Below, in pieces: positions 54,396 through 63,550 of a stretch of DNA of 64,000 bases. Source of the DNA: an archaeon. GTDB lineage: Archaea > Aenigmatarchaeota > Aenigmatarchaeia > QMZP01 > JAFGSV01. Numbering within the stretch: the first letter of the stretch is position 1; each line of letters opens with the position of its first letter. Under the pieces are notes generated by a model that saw only the letters and a list, made by a program, of their open reading frames with translations, did no database searches and was not told the origin of the DNA. The position numbers were made by a program, and so were the translations under genes. The stretch spans positions 269,011-333,010 of the forward strand of contig JANQNF010000024.1 in NCBI GenBank assembly GCA_028279705.1, read 5' to 3'.

Positions 54396-54779
54396 TCATC
54401 CGCCTATCAGTTCAAGGAAACCTTCCTTGTTTTTATATCCGGTATAAACGCTGCATTTTATGATCAGTGTTGGTATGTGCGTTGGCATAAGACCGAGCTG
54501 TTCTGCCTTTTCCCTCTCGCTTGCTATGTCAATGTAGATTATTTCACTATCGATCTCATCTTCTATGTCTTCGATTACAGGCAGAGTATCCTTACATGCA
54601 GGGCATGTCGGTGAGTGGAACATGACAACCTTGTCTGATAGTCCCTTCTGCACGCATACTTGCGGGTCTATGACCATACCGTCAGTTATCACGATTACCT
54701 CCCCATCGTCCTGGGCTTGTATGCAGCCGCTCACGACTACCACGGCGATCATAATCATGAGAACATGTTTATATTTCAT
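54396..54779 (-). CDS. Thioredoxin-fold lipoprotein
   Basis: Lipobox VVSGC, CPAC, IPTLII. Confidence 0.8.
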   Translation of the reverse strand: MKYKHVLMIMIAVVVVSGCIQAQDDGEVIVITDGMVIDPQVCVQKGLSDKVVMFHSPTCPACKDTLPVIEDIEDEIDSEIIYIDIASEREKAEQLGLMPTHIPTLIIKCSVYTGYKNKEGFLELIGG

Positions 54780-55189
54780 AAAATTTGTTTCACCTCGCTG
54801 CATGTCCAGTTGACACATTCCAGGCCGTGGCAGTCGGCATCGGAAACACATGCGCCCTCGTTTCCGCAGATGTCACCTGTGTAGCCGCACATCCCGGCAG
54901 TCGTGTACTCTGCGCATTCACCCTGCTGATATTGGGGCAGCGTGAATGGACAGTCGAGTGTCCTCCCGTTGACCTTGACTATCCTGAATCCCTCGGTGTA
55001 GACCTCCCTTATTGATTGGAAGGAGCCGTCCCTGCAGGGATAAACTTCTTTGTAGCCATTGGCATTGCAATACTCTGTCATCTTCGGCTCTTCACCTGCG
55101 ATATAATCGTAAACATACAAACCGGTAGGTACAATCACGACTATAACGACCAGCGCAATGATAAGCGTGTTCGTAAGATCCAATTTCAT
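54776..55189 (-). CDS. Membrane-anchored Cys-rich protein
   Basis: N-terminal TM; C-terminal CVSDADC....C....C module. Confidence 0.65.
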   Translation of the reverse strand: MKLDLTNTLIIALVVIVVIVPTGLYVYDYIAGEEPKMTEYCNANGYKEVYPCRDGSFQSIREVYTEGFRIVKVNGRTLDCPFTLPQYQQGECAEYTTAGMCGYTGDICGNEGACVSDADCHGLECVNWTCSEVKQIL

Positions 55190-55257
55190 AACAATATAAT
55201 ATCCTGATAATCCTTATTAATCTGGCTGACAAAAACAATACACTCCTGGTGATTTCC

Positions 55258-56394
55258 ATGAAATTTGCCCACATTTCTGATACGCATCTTGGTTTCCGGC
55301 AGTATGGAATATATGAAAGGGAGACTGATTTCTACAGGATGTTTGAGAAGGTCGTATCTAAGATAGTTTCCGAGAGGCCGGATTTCGTGCTTCATTCAGG
55401 TGATCTTTTTGATGCCCCGAAACCTCCCCCGAGGGCACTTTGGGTTGCACAGCGCTGCTTTTCAAAGCTCAGGGAGAAGGGCATACCTGTATATGCCATA
55501 ACCGGAAACCACGACATGCTCATGCGCAGGGGCGCAATGCCTCCCCAAGTGCTTTTCAGGGATCTCGGCGTAAGACTTTTAACCGATGAGGAGCCGTTCG
55601 TGGAACATAAAGGAACCCTCATATGCGGCGTCCCGTACTTTTCCAGGCACTACTCAGATGTACTCAAGGAAACGCTTTCGACACTCTCCCGAAAAGCGGA
55701 CAAATACGCAAAATCCATAATCATGATACATCAGGGAACCGACAGGCACATGCCCAAGGGATTCGAGATCGACATGAACTCGGTTCCGAAGAACTTCAGC
55801 TACTATGCAATGGGTCACCTTCATGCGAGGATAACGGAGAGCTACGGAAAGGGGAAGCTTGTCTATCCGGGTTCCACGGAACTTTGGAGCCTCAACGAGT
55901 ACGATGATTACAAAAGGAACGGAAAGGGATTTACCCTCGTTGACATGCACGGCGACGTCCCTTACGTGCAGAATGTCACGCTTGAACTGGAGCGCGAGAT
56001 AATAAAGCAGAGGCTTGATGCAGGGAAGCTCGAAGAAAGGCTTAACATGCTCAGGGAAAAGCTTGCCACACTTACAAAGAAGCCCCTTCTTTACCTGGAC
56101 GTGAGGGAAGGCGGTTTCGAGCGCTCGACACTCCACGACATGCTGGCTTCGAAGATATCGGACATTGTCCTTAGCATGAGACTTTCCTACATTTCACGTG
56201 AGGATGGCGGTAAGGTAGAGCTCAAGCGGACGTTCGACCTTCCGCAGATAGACGACATCATAATGGAAATCATGAAAGATCGGAAGAAGGCAGAACTTGC
56301 TGGTGCCCTCTTCAGGTCTCTTTCCGTCGGCAATGACGAGCAGGCGCGAGGCGAGGCTGGCGCGTTCTACGAATCTATGGGTGGTTCAAAGTGA
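55258..56394 (+). CDS. mre11: DNA double-strand break repair nuclease Mre11
   Basis: HISDTHLG, HSGDLFD, ITGNHD, HQG, YAMGHLH, YPGS. Confidence 0.95.
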   Translation: MKFAHISDTHLGFRQYGIYERETDFYRMFEKVVSKIVSERPDFVLHSGDLFDAPKPPPRALWVAQRCFSKLREKGIPVYAITGNHDMLMRRGAMPPQVLFRDLGVRLLTDEEPFVEHKGTLICGVPYFSRHYSDVLKETLSTLSRKADKYAKSIIMIHQGTDRHMPKGFEIDMNSVPKNFSYYAMGHLHARITESYGKGKLVYPGSTELWSLNEYDDYKRNGKGFTLVDMHGDVPYVQNVTLELEREIIKQRLDAGKLEERLNMLREKLATLTKKPLLYLDVREGGFERSTLHDMLASKISDIVLSMRLSYISREDGGKVELKRTFDLPQIDDIIMEIMKDRKKAELAGALFRSLSVGNDEQARGEAGAFYESMGGSK

Positions 56395-58367
56395 TAATCA
56401 ACTCTGTCCGGATGAGAAACTTTAAGTCCCACGCAGACACTGCCATTGAATTCGGGTCAGGTATAAACGTGATACTCGGCGAAAACGGTGCAGGAAAGAC
56501 CAGCGTTCTTGAGGCCATATCCTTTGCCCTGTTCAAGAACTATTCCGGCAACCTTGAAAAGCTTGTCAGGAGTGGTTCCAGAGAGATGTCAGTGGACGTG
56601 ACATTCACGAGCCACGGCAAGGTCTACAAAGTCTCGAGGAGAAGGACAAAGAGTGCTACCGATTCCAGGCTTGTCGTGATCGACGGCAGCGAGAAGGAGC
56701 TTCGCTCTGGTGATGCGGGCGTTGACGAGGAGATAGGAAACATTCTCCGAATGGACAGGTACGTTTTCAGCAACGCGATCTATGTAAGGCAGGGGGAGAT
56801 AGAGAAGCTGCTCACAGAGACTTCTCACAAGAAAAAGCAGCTCATAGGAAGGCTGCTTGGCATAGAGTCGCTTGAGAAGGTGTGGGAGATGATGAAGCCC
56901 CTTATAGACACGTACGCCACAAGAAAATCCGTCACGGAAGGGGAGATAATGCGCGAGGCGGATATAAGAAAAGAACTCGATTCAGTGGACGGTCAGTCTG
57001 CCGAGGCGAAGGAGCGTCTTTCGAAGATAACAAGTAACATTTCAAAGATCTCTGCTGGACTGAAGGACGCGGAATCCGAAGAGAAGGTTCTTGCTGAAAA
57101 CGAAAAGAAATACTTCGAGGCTTCAGTGAAGGCGGATGAAGCGAGGAGCGCGCTTGAAAGAGAGAATGTAAGGATGGACGATGCGGTGAGGAAACTTTCG
57201 GAAGCTGACGAATCGGCCAAGATGCTTGCTGAGATTTCAGGCAGGCTCAAAACCTGTCGCAGGGCGGAAATTGAGAAGATTATGGAAAGCTGCAGGAAGA
57301 AGATAAGCGCTATCGACGAGAAGACGGGATTCCTGCGCGGGAGGATATCTGACATGGCAGAGTATGACGGGAAGCTTGAAAGTGCCGCAGCCAGCTGTCC
57401 CCTCTGCGGTTCCGTACTGACCGAAGATCACAGGAAAAACATGGTGAAGGAGCGCAGGGACAAGATAGCCGCGATGCAGGACGAAGTAAAGGCACTGGTT
57501 GGCGAAAGGGCAGCGCTGTCGTCGGAAATAGCCAAAAATGGTGCAAATCTGGACGAAATCGTGAAGCTTGAAAGAAGGGCTGCCGAACTCAATATAGTTG
57601 CAGGGGGGCGTGCTGAGCTTGCCAGTGCAGTCGATAAAGGAAGGAAAGCCACTGGTGAACTCAAAAGGAACTTAGCTTCACTTGAGAAGGTCATGAAAAC
57701 GTTTGAAAGCGGGCGGAAGGCGCACGCCGACGTCAAGGAGAGAGTGAAACTGCTTCGTGACGAGCTTGGCGGCCTGAATGTTGCACGGGGAAACCTGGAA
57801 GGAACGCTCCAGCAGCTCGAAAGGTCGCTTGAGACGCTAAAGAAGGAAGAATCTTCCCTGAAGGCCAAGAAGAAAGAGCATGGGAATCTTACTGACTTTA
57901 TCAGTATACTTAACGAGATACGCAGGGTGTTTGACAAGTCCGGGCTGCAACTGGAACTTAGGAAGAGGGCAGTGCCGATGATAGAGAACCACATGAGGGA
58001 ATTCTTCAGGGAGTTCAACTTCGAATATTCGGACATATCACTTGACGGCGACTACGACGTCACGCTCTATGGACCTGGCGGGGAAAGCAGCACGGAAATG
58101 ATGAGCGGCGGCGAGAGGATAGCAGTCGCTCTCGCTCTCAGGCTAGGCATAGCAAGGACGCTTGCGGGATCCAGTGCCGAGACTGTCATGCTGGACGAGC
58201 CCACTATATTCCTGGACGAACAGCGAAGGCTGGACCTCATAGAGGTCCTGAACAAGATGACAGTCATACCCCAGATGATAGTCGTGACACACGATTCCGC
58301 AATGGAGGATGCTGCTGATAGGATAACGGTCGTAAAGAAGAAGAAAGGCGTATCTTCGTGTGAATGA
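56391..58367 (+). CDS. rad50: Rad50 ATPase (short coiled coil)
   Basis: NFKSH, GENGAGKT, Q-loop RQGEI, hook CPLCG, SGGE, LDEPT, VTHD. Confidence 0.93.
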   Translation: MIINSVRMRNFKSHADTAIEFGSGINVILGENGAGKTSVLEAISFALFKNYSGNLEKLVRSGSREMSVDVTFTSHGKVYKVSRRRTKSATDSRLVVIDGSEKELRSGDAGVDEEIGNILRMDRYVFSNAIYVRQGEIEKLLTETSHKKKQLIGRLLGIESLEKVWEMMKPLIDTYATRKSVTEGEIMREADIRKELDSVDGQSAEAKERLSKITSNISKISAGLKDAESEEKVLAENEKKYFEASVKADEARSALERENVRMDDAVRKLSEADESAKMLAEISGRLKTCRRAEIEKIMESCRKKISAIDEKTGFLRGRISDMAEYDGKLESAAASCPLCGSVLTEDHRKNMVKERRDKIAAMQDEVKALVGERAALSSEIAKNGANLDEIVKLERRAAELNIVAGGRAELASAVDKGRKATGELKRNLASLEKVMKTFESGRKAHADVKERVKLLRDELGGLNVARGNLEGTLQQLERSLETLKKEESSLKAKKKEHGNLTDFISILNEIRRVFDKSGLQLELRKRAVPMIENHMREFFREFNFEYSDISLDGDYDVTLYGPGGESSTEMMSGGERIAVALALRLGIARTLAGSSAETVMLDEPTIFLDEQRRLDLIEVLNKMTVIPQMIVVTHDSAMEDAADRITVVKKKKGVSSCE

Positions 58368-58401
58368 TCCAGTTAAAAATCTTTTTGAACTATAATTCAA
58401 A

Positions 58402-58629
58402 ATGGTGGTAAAAAATTTAGGAAACCCGCGAATTCACTGCTTATGCAAGGACCCGGGAAATGAAGACACCTTTTACATACCTGAATTCTACAGAACATGC
58501 AAAATTCCAATTGATGAAAAAGAGAACTTGAAGAAATATGATAGTAAAATAGTCAGGAGTTATATACTCGGCGAAAACGGGGTTCCAGACCCGAGCAAAG
58601 CTTTCATAAGGAAACATTCGGGACAGTGA
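58402..58629 (+). CDS. Hypothetical protein (AT-rich)
   Basis: 75-aa ORF. Confidence 0.4.
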   Translation: MVVKNLGNPRIHCLCKDPGNEDTFYIPEFYRTCKIPIDEKENLKKYDSKIVRSYILGENGVPDPSKAFIRKHSGQ

Positions 58630-58636
58630 CTCCCCC

Positions 58637-58939
58637 CTACCTCATCATCACCTGAATGTGGGGCACGTTCCCCAGCATGAGTGCAGATTTTCTGTCTATG
58701 ATACCGTTTTCGGCGAGCAGGCTGACAATCTTTTCACCAACAACGTTCATGACGTGGGACCTTTCTGCCATGTCCATGATCTGTTCCGCGTCTGCCCTTT
58801 CCTCGCCGTAAAAGGAGATGTCAACCTCGAAGTCAACATCACCGTATTTCAGGGCCTTTCCTAGAAGTTCGGCGTCGCAGACTGCGAGTACGGTACTCAC
58901 GCCTGACTTGTGCTCCCTGAAACAAAACTCTCCTGCCAT
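58637..58939 (-). CDS. DUF424 family protein
   Basis: LAVCD.ELLGK, FYG, NVVGE..V, VPH.Q. Confidence 0.85.
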   Translation of the reverse strand: MAGEFCFREHKSGVSTVLAVCDAELLGKALKYGDVDFEVDISFYGEERADAEQIMDMAERSHVMNVVGEKIVSLLAENGIIDRKSALMLGNVPHIQVMMR

Positions 58940-58952
58940 GCAAGTTCCCGTC

Positions 58953-59255
58953 CTATCCGTGCATCTTATGGTAACCATAAAGCAAAATGCACGCTATGAC
59001 ATAACCGGCGACGATTACGTACAGTATGTTCATTATTCCCGCTTCCGTTCCGGCAAACATCCCAAATGTCTTCTTTCCGGTTCCGGGGATTTCCATCGAT
59101 TGGATGCCCGAAATCGCGGATTCCATTACCATCTGCGGCTGTTCAATGCCCGGCACCATGACGACCGGCACCACTGGAAGATACATGAGCACGATGGAAA
59201 CCAGAATGAAAGTCACGAGTTTGTACTTGGTGGGCTTGAAGAAACTATATTCCAT
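58953..59255 (-). CDS. Small membrane protein
   Basis: FFKPT..KL start and two TM segments. Confidence 0.6.
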   Translation of the reverse strand: MEYSFFKPTKYKLVTFILVSIVLMYLPVVPVVMVPGIEQPQMVMESAISGIQSMEIPGTGKKTFGMFAGTEAGIMNILYVIVAGYVIACILLYGYHKMHG

Positions 59256-59313
59256 GTTGTATAATGGATGAAAAACCTATTTATTTTTAAGTTGACAAAT
59301 TGAATCAGATATT

Positions 59314-60954
59314 ATGAGTCCGTTTAGCGCTTCCTTATTGTCTTTGTTCATCATAACGGTACTACTTGTTCCATCCGTTACTGCCCAGATGTCACACTCC
59401 GCAGGCGAGATAACGGGCGACGGTACCATAGCAAGCACTCTCAGGATAAACAGTGGAAGTAACAGTGTCAGTGTAGGGAACTCACCTCCCAACCCCCAGG
59501 AAACGTTCCACGTCTTTGGTAATGCAAGGATAGGCTCATCCACCGTCTACGCACAACTCCAGTTCGCCGACAGCAGCGTTTACATTGACAGTGAAGACGG
59601 GATCAATCTCCGCCTGATAACTCCGGGCGCTTCAATACTAATCGATGACAGGGTGCAGGTCAGCGGAGACATATCACTTACAGGCGATGTCGACGGCTAC
59701 GACATAAGCGAATCTGCACCCGTGTGGGCAGCAGACTCTGACACCGGAAACGAACTGCAGACTTTAAGCGCTTCAAGCGGTACCGTAACGCTCTCGGATA
59801 GTGGGGGCAGCGTGACCTGTGAAGAGATAACGGGTGATGCCGGTCTTTGTGACGGCGTTGATGATGTCGGGCTGACGTCTTACACTGATACCAATGCGGA
59901 AACCGAATGTGACGGTACGAACGTCTACCTTGACGGCGACGGTAACTGCGACACGATAACTGCAACAACTGATACAAATGCAAACACCCTCTGCGCGGGT
60001 ACCGACTTCTACCTCGACGGTGAAGGAAACTGCGATCTGATCACAGACACCAACACTAACGCTGCCACATTGTGCAGTTCCGGTGAATATCTTGGCGGCG
60101 GCAGTGACGGCTGCCTGGACATTCCTTCAGGCGGCGGTTCAGGTGACATAACGAGCGTAACCGGCAGTGCACCGCTGACATTCAGCGGCTGCACGTCTGG
60201 AACGTGCACACTGGGCTTTCAGCCAAAGATAGGAAGGGCACGTATCCCAGGCTACAGTAACACATACTTTACCTATATCGGCGGAGGTACAGGATATTCC
60301 AGCAATCCGGCTGATCTTGTGGTAAACAACGTCGTAAGAAATGATCCCAACTTCGATCTTGAGGTTCTCGGCCAGGGTAAGGTTCTTCTGAGCAGCAGTG
60401 ACGATGATGCAGGCGGTGCCGGACTTATCTATTTCCCTGATGGCGGGTCATTTTACATGCGCGAGTCAGGGGAGTCGTCTGCGAGCGGTTATGGTGAGAA
60501 CAGTAATGGTGAATACTGTAATATTTTCGTAATAGACGGCGGAGCCGAAGGCGACTGGTGCGACGGCAGCGAGAAGATCACTGTGTCAAGCGGGGTCGAA
60601 TTCGAGATCGGCTGCCCTTCCGGCTTCACCAGTATAAAACGTGCTGACAACCAGCTGGGCTGCATGCAGACCTCAGAAAACGGGGTTGCCAACTGGCGCA
60701 CTGCCATGAACAATTGCTTCACGTCGTACGGGGGAAGATTACCTACCCTTAACGAATGGTTCATCTCTATCTATAATTATAACCTGAATAATGAGGCGGA
60801 CGACTGGGAGCTTACCGGGAACATAGAGAGATTGCCGTCAGTCATTATGGTGGATTATGATTCGGGTTACTCTCCTGCCATCAACGGTCTTCGGTGGAGC
60901 ACCGGTAACATGCAGGGGAATTCGTATGCTTATCGCTGCTGGATCCCAAGATAG
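59314..60954 (+). CDS. Secreted surface/adhesin-like protein with Cys repeats and C-terminal C-type-lectin-like domain
   Basis: Signal peptide, D/G/T/S-rich stalk, then CPSGF..., W..A...C...GGRLPT..EW ... YRC at the C-terminus. Confidence 0.75.
   Translation: MSPFSASLLSLFIITVLLVPSVTAQMSHSAGEITGDGTIASTLRINSGSNSVSVGNSPPNPQETFHVFGNARIGSSTVYAQLQFADSSVYIDSEDGINLRLITPGASILIDDRVQVSGDISLTGDVDGYDISESAPVWAADSDTGNELQTLSASSGTVTLSDSGGSVTCEEITGDAGLCDGVDDVGLTSYTDTNAETECDGTNVYLDGDGNCDTITATTDTNANTLCAGTDFYLDGEGNCDLITDTNTNAATLCSSGEYLGGGSDGCLDIPSGGGSGDITSVTGSAPLTFSGCTSGTCTLGFQPKIGRARIPGYSNTYFTYIGGGTGYSSNPADLVVNNVVRNDPNFDLEVLGQGKVLLSSSDDDAGGAGLIYFPDGGSFYMRESGESSASGYGENSNGEYCNIFVIDGGAEGDWCDGSEKITVSSGVEFEIGCPSGFTSIKRADNQLGCMQTSENGVANWRTAMNNCFTSYGGRLPTLNEWFISIYNYNLNNEADDWELTGNIERLPSVIMVDYDSGYSPAINGLRWSTGNMQGNSYAYRCWIPR
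59884..60123 (+). repeat. Three intragenic repeats (D/N)TNAxTxC..(.)YL(D/G)GxG.C
   Basis: TDTNAETECDGTNVYLDGDGNCD / TDTNANTLCAGTDFYLDGEGNCD / TNTNAATLCSSGEYLGGGSDGC. Confidence 0.8.
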
Positions 60955-60958
60955 ATTA

Positions 60959-61528
60959 CTACTCCTTCCCGTATCCCCTGGCCTGCATGGCAAGTGCCAT
61001 CTTTTCGGACCTGTAAAGCATCTTTCCAAAAAGGGGTATAAGCACTGGAAAGTACGTACTGAATATGTTCGGGCTTCTGAAATTCATCGCCCTTGACCGC
61101 TGGGCATTCATTATGTTTGCAGCCAGGTCGCTTACGCCCGGGACGAGCGAGAGTGCCAATATCAATGTCATTGATACGCTTTCTGGAAGGAAGTCAAATG
61201 CTTTTGCCAGGCTGCTTGGAGGGGTGGTCTCAACGAAAAGGAACACAAGCGATGCCAGTATCAGTATCCTCAGTGAAAACAGTATGCCGTAGTATAGCCC
61301 TGCTACGCTGAACATGATACCGTTGAACGTGAGTGCCTGTACCACTATTATGAGCACGAAGACAAAAGTCATGGGCTTTATCCATGGAACAAACCTTGAA
61401 TGCAGCCTGAAGCCAAAAAGCAGCGAAACAAGGACGATCGCAGAAACTGCCATGAATGCCAGGTTGACAAAGAAAATCATTGACGTGCTTGCTATTACAA
61501 GCAAAAACAGCTTGAGTTTCGGATTCAT
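60959..61528 (-). CDS. ecfT: ECF transporter T component
   Basis: NPKLKL, ETTPPS.L, AQRSR, AMQARG. Confidence 0.9.
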   Translation of the reverse strand: MNPKLKLFLLVIASTSMIFFVNLAFMAVSAIVLVSLLFGFRLHSRFVPWIKPMTFVFVLIIVVQALTFNGIMFSVAGLYYGILFSLRILILASLVFLFVETTPPSSLAKAFDFLPESVSMTLILALSLVPGVSDLAANIMNAQRSRAMNFRSPNIFSTYFPVLIPLFGKMLYRSEKMALAMQARGYGKE

Positions 61529-62259
61529 CTGAACGCACCCGGTATCTTTATGCCAAGCGTTTCCAGGGCCTTCCTGTCAGAAAGCACTTTCTTCGTTGGA
61601 CCCTCTTTTACTATCATACCGTTTTCGATGAGCACGACCCTGTTTGCATACTGTGCCAGATTGTCCGTGTCGTGCTCTATTACTATCACGGTCTTGCCTT
61701 CCTTGTTCAGGCGTTTCAGTATCCCGTATACGTTCACGCAGCTTCTGTGGTCCATCTGCGATGTGGGCTCGTCAAGGATTATGACTTCAGGTTCCATCGC
61801 GAGCACTGAGGCTATGCAGAGTTTCTGCTTCTGCCCGTGAGAAAGATTGTGCGGCATCACGTCTTCTGAGCCTTCCATGCCCACCATTGCAAGCGCTTCC
61901 CCGACCCTCTTGTCGACGTTTCCCATCTTCAGGTTGTTCAAACCAAACGAGACCTCGTCCTTTACGGAAAGACTGAAAATCTGCCAGTCCGGGTCCTGGA
62001 ACACAAAACCTACCTTCCCTGCCATGTCGGCGACCTTGTTCTTTTTCGTATCCTTGCCGCAGACGACCACAGAGCCGGAGAACTTGCCCCTTATTGCGTG
62101 CGGTATGAGGCCGTTGAAGCAATATGCAAGCGTGGTCTTTCCAGAGCCCGTGGGTCCAGTTATGCCTACGAAATCGCCGTCCTTTATTGTAAGATTGACG
62201 TTCTTCAGGACTTCCTTTCCCGGATAACTGAAGAAAACGTCCTTCATTTCGATTGCCAT
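61525..62259 (-). CDS. ecfA: ECF transporter ATPase
   Basis: GPTGSGKTT, VFQDPD.QIF, LSHGQKQ, LDEPT, EHD. Confidence 0.93.
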   Translation of the reverse strand: MAIEMKDVFFSYPGKEVLKNVNLTIKDGDFVGITGPTGSGKTTLAYCFNGLIPHAIRGKFSGSVVVCGKDTKKNKVADMAGKVGFVFQDPDWQIFSLSVKDEVSFGLNNLKMGNVDKRVGEALAMVGMEGSEDVMPHNLSHGQKQKLCIASVLAMEPEVIILDEPTSQMDHRSCVNVYGILKRLNKEGKTVIVIEHDTDNLAQYANRVVLIENGMIVKEGPTKKVLSDRKALETLGIKIPGAFR

Positions 62260-62804
62260 GATGAAAACCTGTCAAGTCTGAACCTGAAAACCAGCAGCCA
62301 TGCCAGTACCACCTCGATGGCACCCTGCGCCACGTTCATTATCATGATGGCCCACCATGGAACGAACGTCATCGATTCTGCCGGACTCCATCCCGTCCAT
62401 ACGGGGATGGCAAAATAATAATTTGCCGGTATGACTATCAGCACCCTCAGCACGACTGCAGCAGCTATCGCCAGCACAAGCAGTGACGGCTTTCTGAAAT
62501 CCTGCAGCTTCAGCCCCATGGTCTTTTGCATGATCATTGGTATGACTATCATGGGCATGGTCGCTACCCACTTGAGCGCGGCTCCAAGCCACGTACTGGG
62601 CGCAACCAGCGTTATCATGATTGCGACCACGACGGAGACGATGATAGACGTCCTGCCGCCGTAAAGAAGGTATGCGATTATCCACGACACTGAGACGAGG
62701 TCTATCCACATTCCCCACGGCGATGCCCATCCTACGTGGACTACCTGCAGGACCACTGATATTGCAGCAAGAGCGGCTGCTGCTGTTATTTCGTACGTTT
62801 TCAT
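62244..62804 (-). CDS. ECF transporter S component (probably riboflavin/FMN)
   Basis: AxxxA motif in TM1 and about six TMs; substrate inferred from coupling to ribK. Confidence 0.8.
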   Translation of the reverse strand: MKTYEITAAAALAAISVVLQVVHVGWASPWGMWIDLVSVSWIIAYLLYGGRTSIIVSVVVAIMITLVAPSTWLGAALKWVATMPMIVIPMIMQKTMGLKLQDFRKPSLLVLAIAAAVVLRVLIVIPANYYFAIPVWTGWSPAESMTFVPWWAIMIMNVAQGAIEVVLAWLLVFRFRLDRFSSWQSK

Positions 62805-63460
62805 TCTATCAGAACCTCCACTGTGATATCGTCACCGTCGGAAAGTCCGAGCTTTTCCCTGAGGTTATGCTTCGATACTATCTCCAGCGTTCCCGAGCCG
62901 TAATGGCTCCTCTCAGGTATGACGACCGCACACTCGACACCATTAATCCTGCAGATGAAGCACTTGAGTGCTCCAAAAGTCCTCTCCTCTCCTTCGAAAC
63001 CTTTCACTTCTAGACCTTTCATCGAGGAAAGCTGCTCTTTATAGCCCCGGTCATCGATCGTCTTGAGCTTTATGTTGAGTGTCCCCGGATACGGATCGAA
63101 TCCTGTCACGGACTTTATCTTTTCAGCATAGCCCTTCTTTCCGATGTAATACTGCCCTTCAAGCATACCTGAAACGACTTTGCCCTTTATTATTATCTTG
63201 TTGCTTTCAACGAGCGCCTCGTTCAGCCCGTTTCTCACTTCAAGCATGAATTTCTTTCCTTCGGGAGTTACCTGAATTATGTAGCCGCGTATGCCCTTCT
63301 TCCTTGTCGTAAATCCCTTCTTCTCAAGCGTTATCAGCCACCTGCTCACGCTCTGCTGCGATATCTTAAGGTCGCTTCCCATCTTGCAGGTCGTCACCGC
63401 TACCGGACGGGCAAGCCCGCCCTTCTTTGCAAGGTATATCAGGATGTTTAGTATTTCCAT
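62801..63460 (-). CDS. ribK: CTP-dependent riboflavin kinase with N-terminal wHTH (RbkR type)
   Basis: SQQSVSR.L..LE..G HTH; G.VVSG..EG.YY, PYPGTLN, PERSHY, LR..L.L.DGD. Confidence 0.93.
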   Translation of the reverse strand: MEILNILIYLAKKGGLARPVAVTTCKMGSDLKISQQSVSRWLITLEKKGFTTRKKGIRGYIIQVTPEGKKFMLEVRNGLNEALVESNKIIIKGKVVSGMLEGQYYIGKKGYAEKIKSVTGFDPYPGTLNIKLKTIDDRGYKEQLSSMKGLEVKGFEGEERTFGALKCFICRINGVECAVVIPERSHYGSGTLEIVSKHNLREKLGLSDGDDITVEVLIE

Positions 63461-63474
63461 TGCTATAATATGTT

Positions 63475-63492
63475 CTACTCATATATAAGTAG
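63475..63492. promoter_or_regulatory. 18-bp palindrome, candidate RbkR operator
   Basis: CTACTCAT-AT-ATAAGTAG (one mismatch) overlapping the TATA region of ribK; an extra half-site TTACTCA is adjacent. Confidence 0.6.
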
Positions 63493-63550
63493 CTTACTCA
63501 CATCACAGTTCCTTTGTCATAAGCAAATTTTTAATGCTTACTGGGCAGAA

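Noticed and set aside
1065-63488. Numerous antisense and alternate-frame ORFs in the six-frame track (e.g. 4132-4785, 23950-24732, 40590-41351, 57428-58036)
   Set aside because: They shadow well-supported genes, have S/F/P/L-rich non-protein-like composition and carry no motifs.
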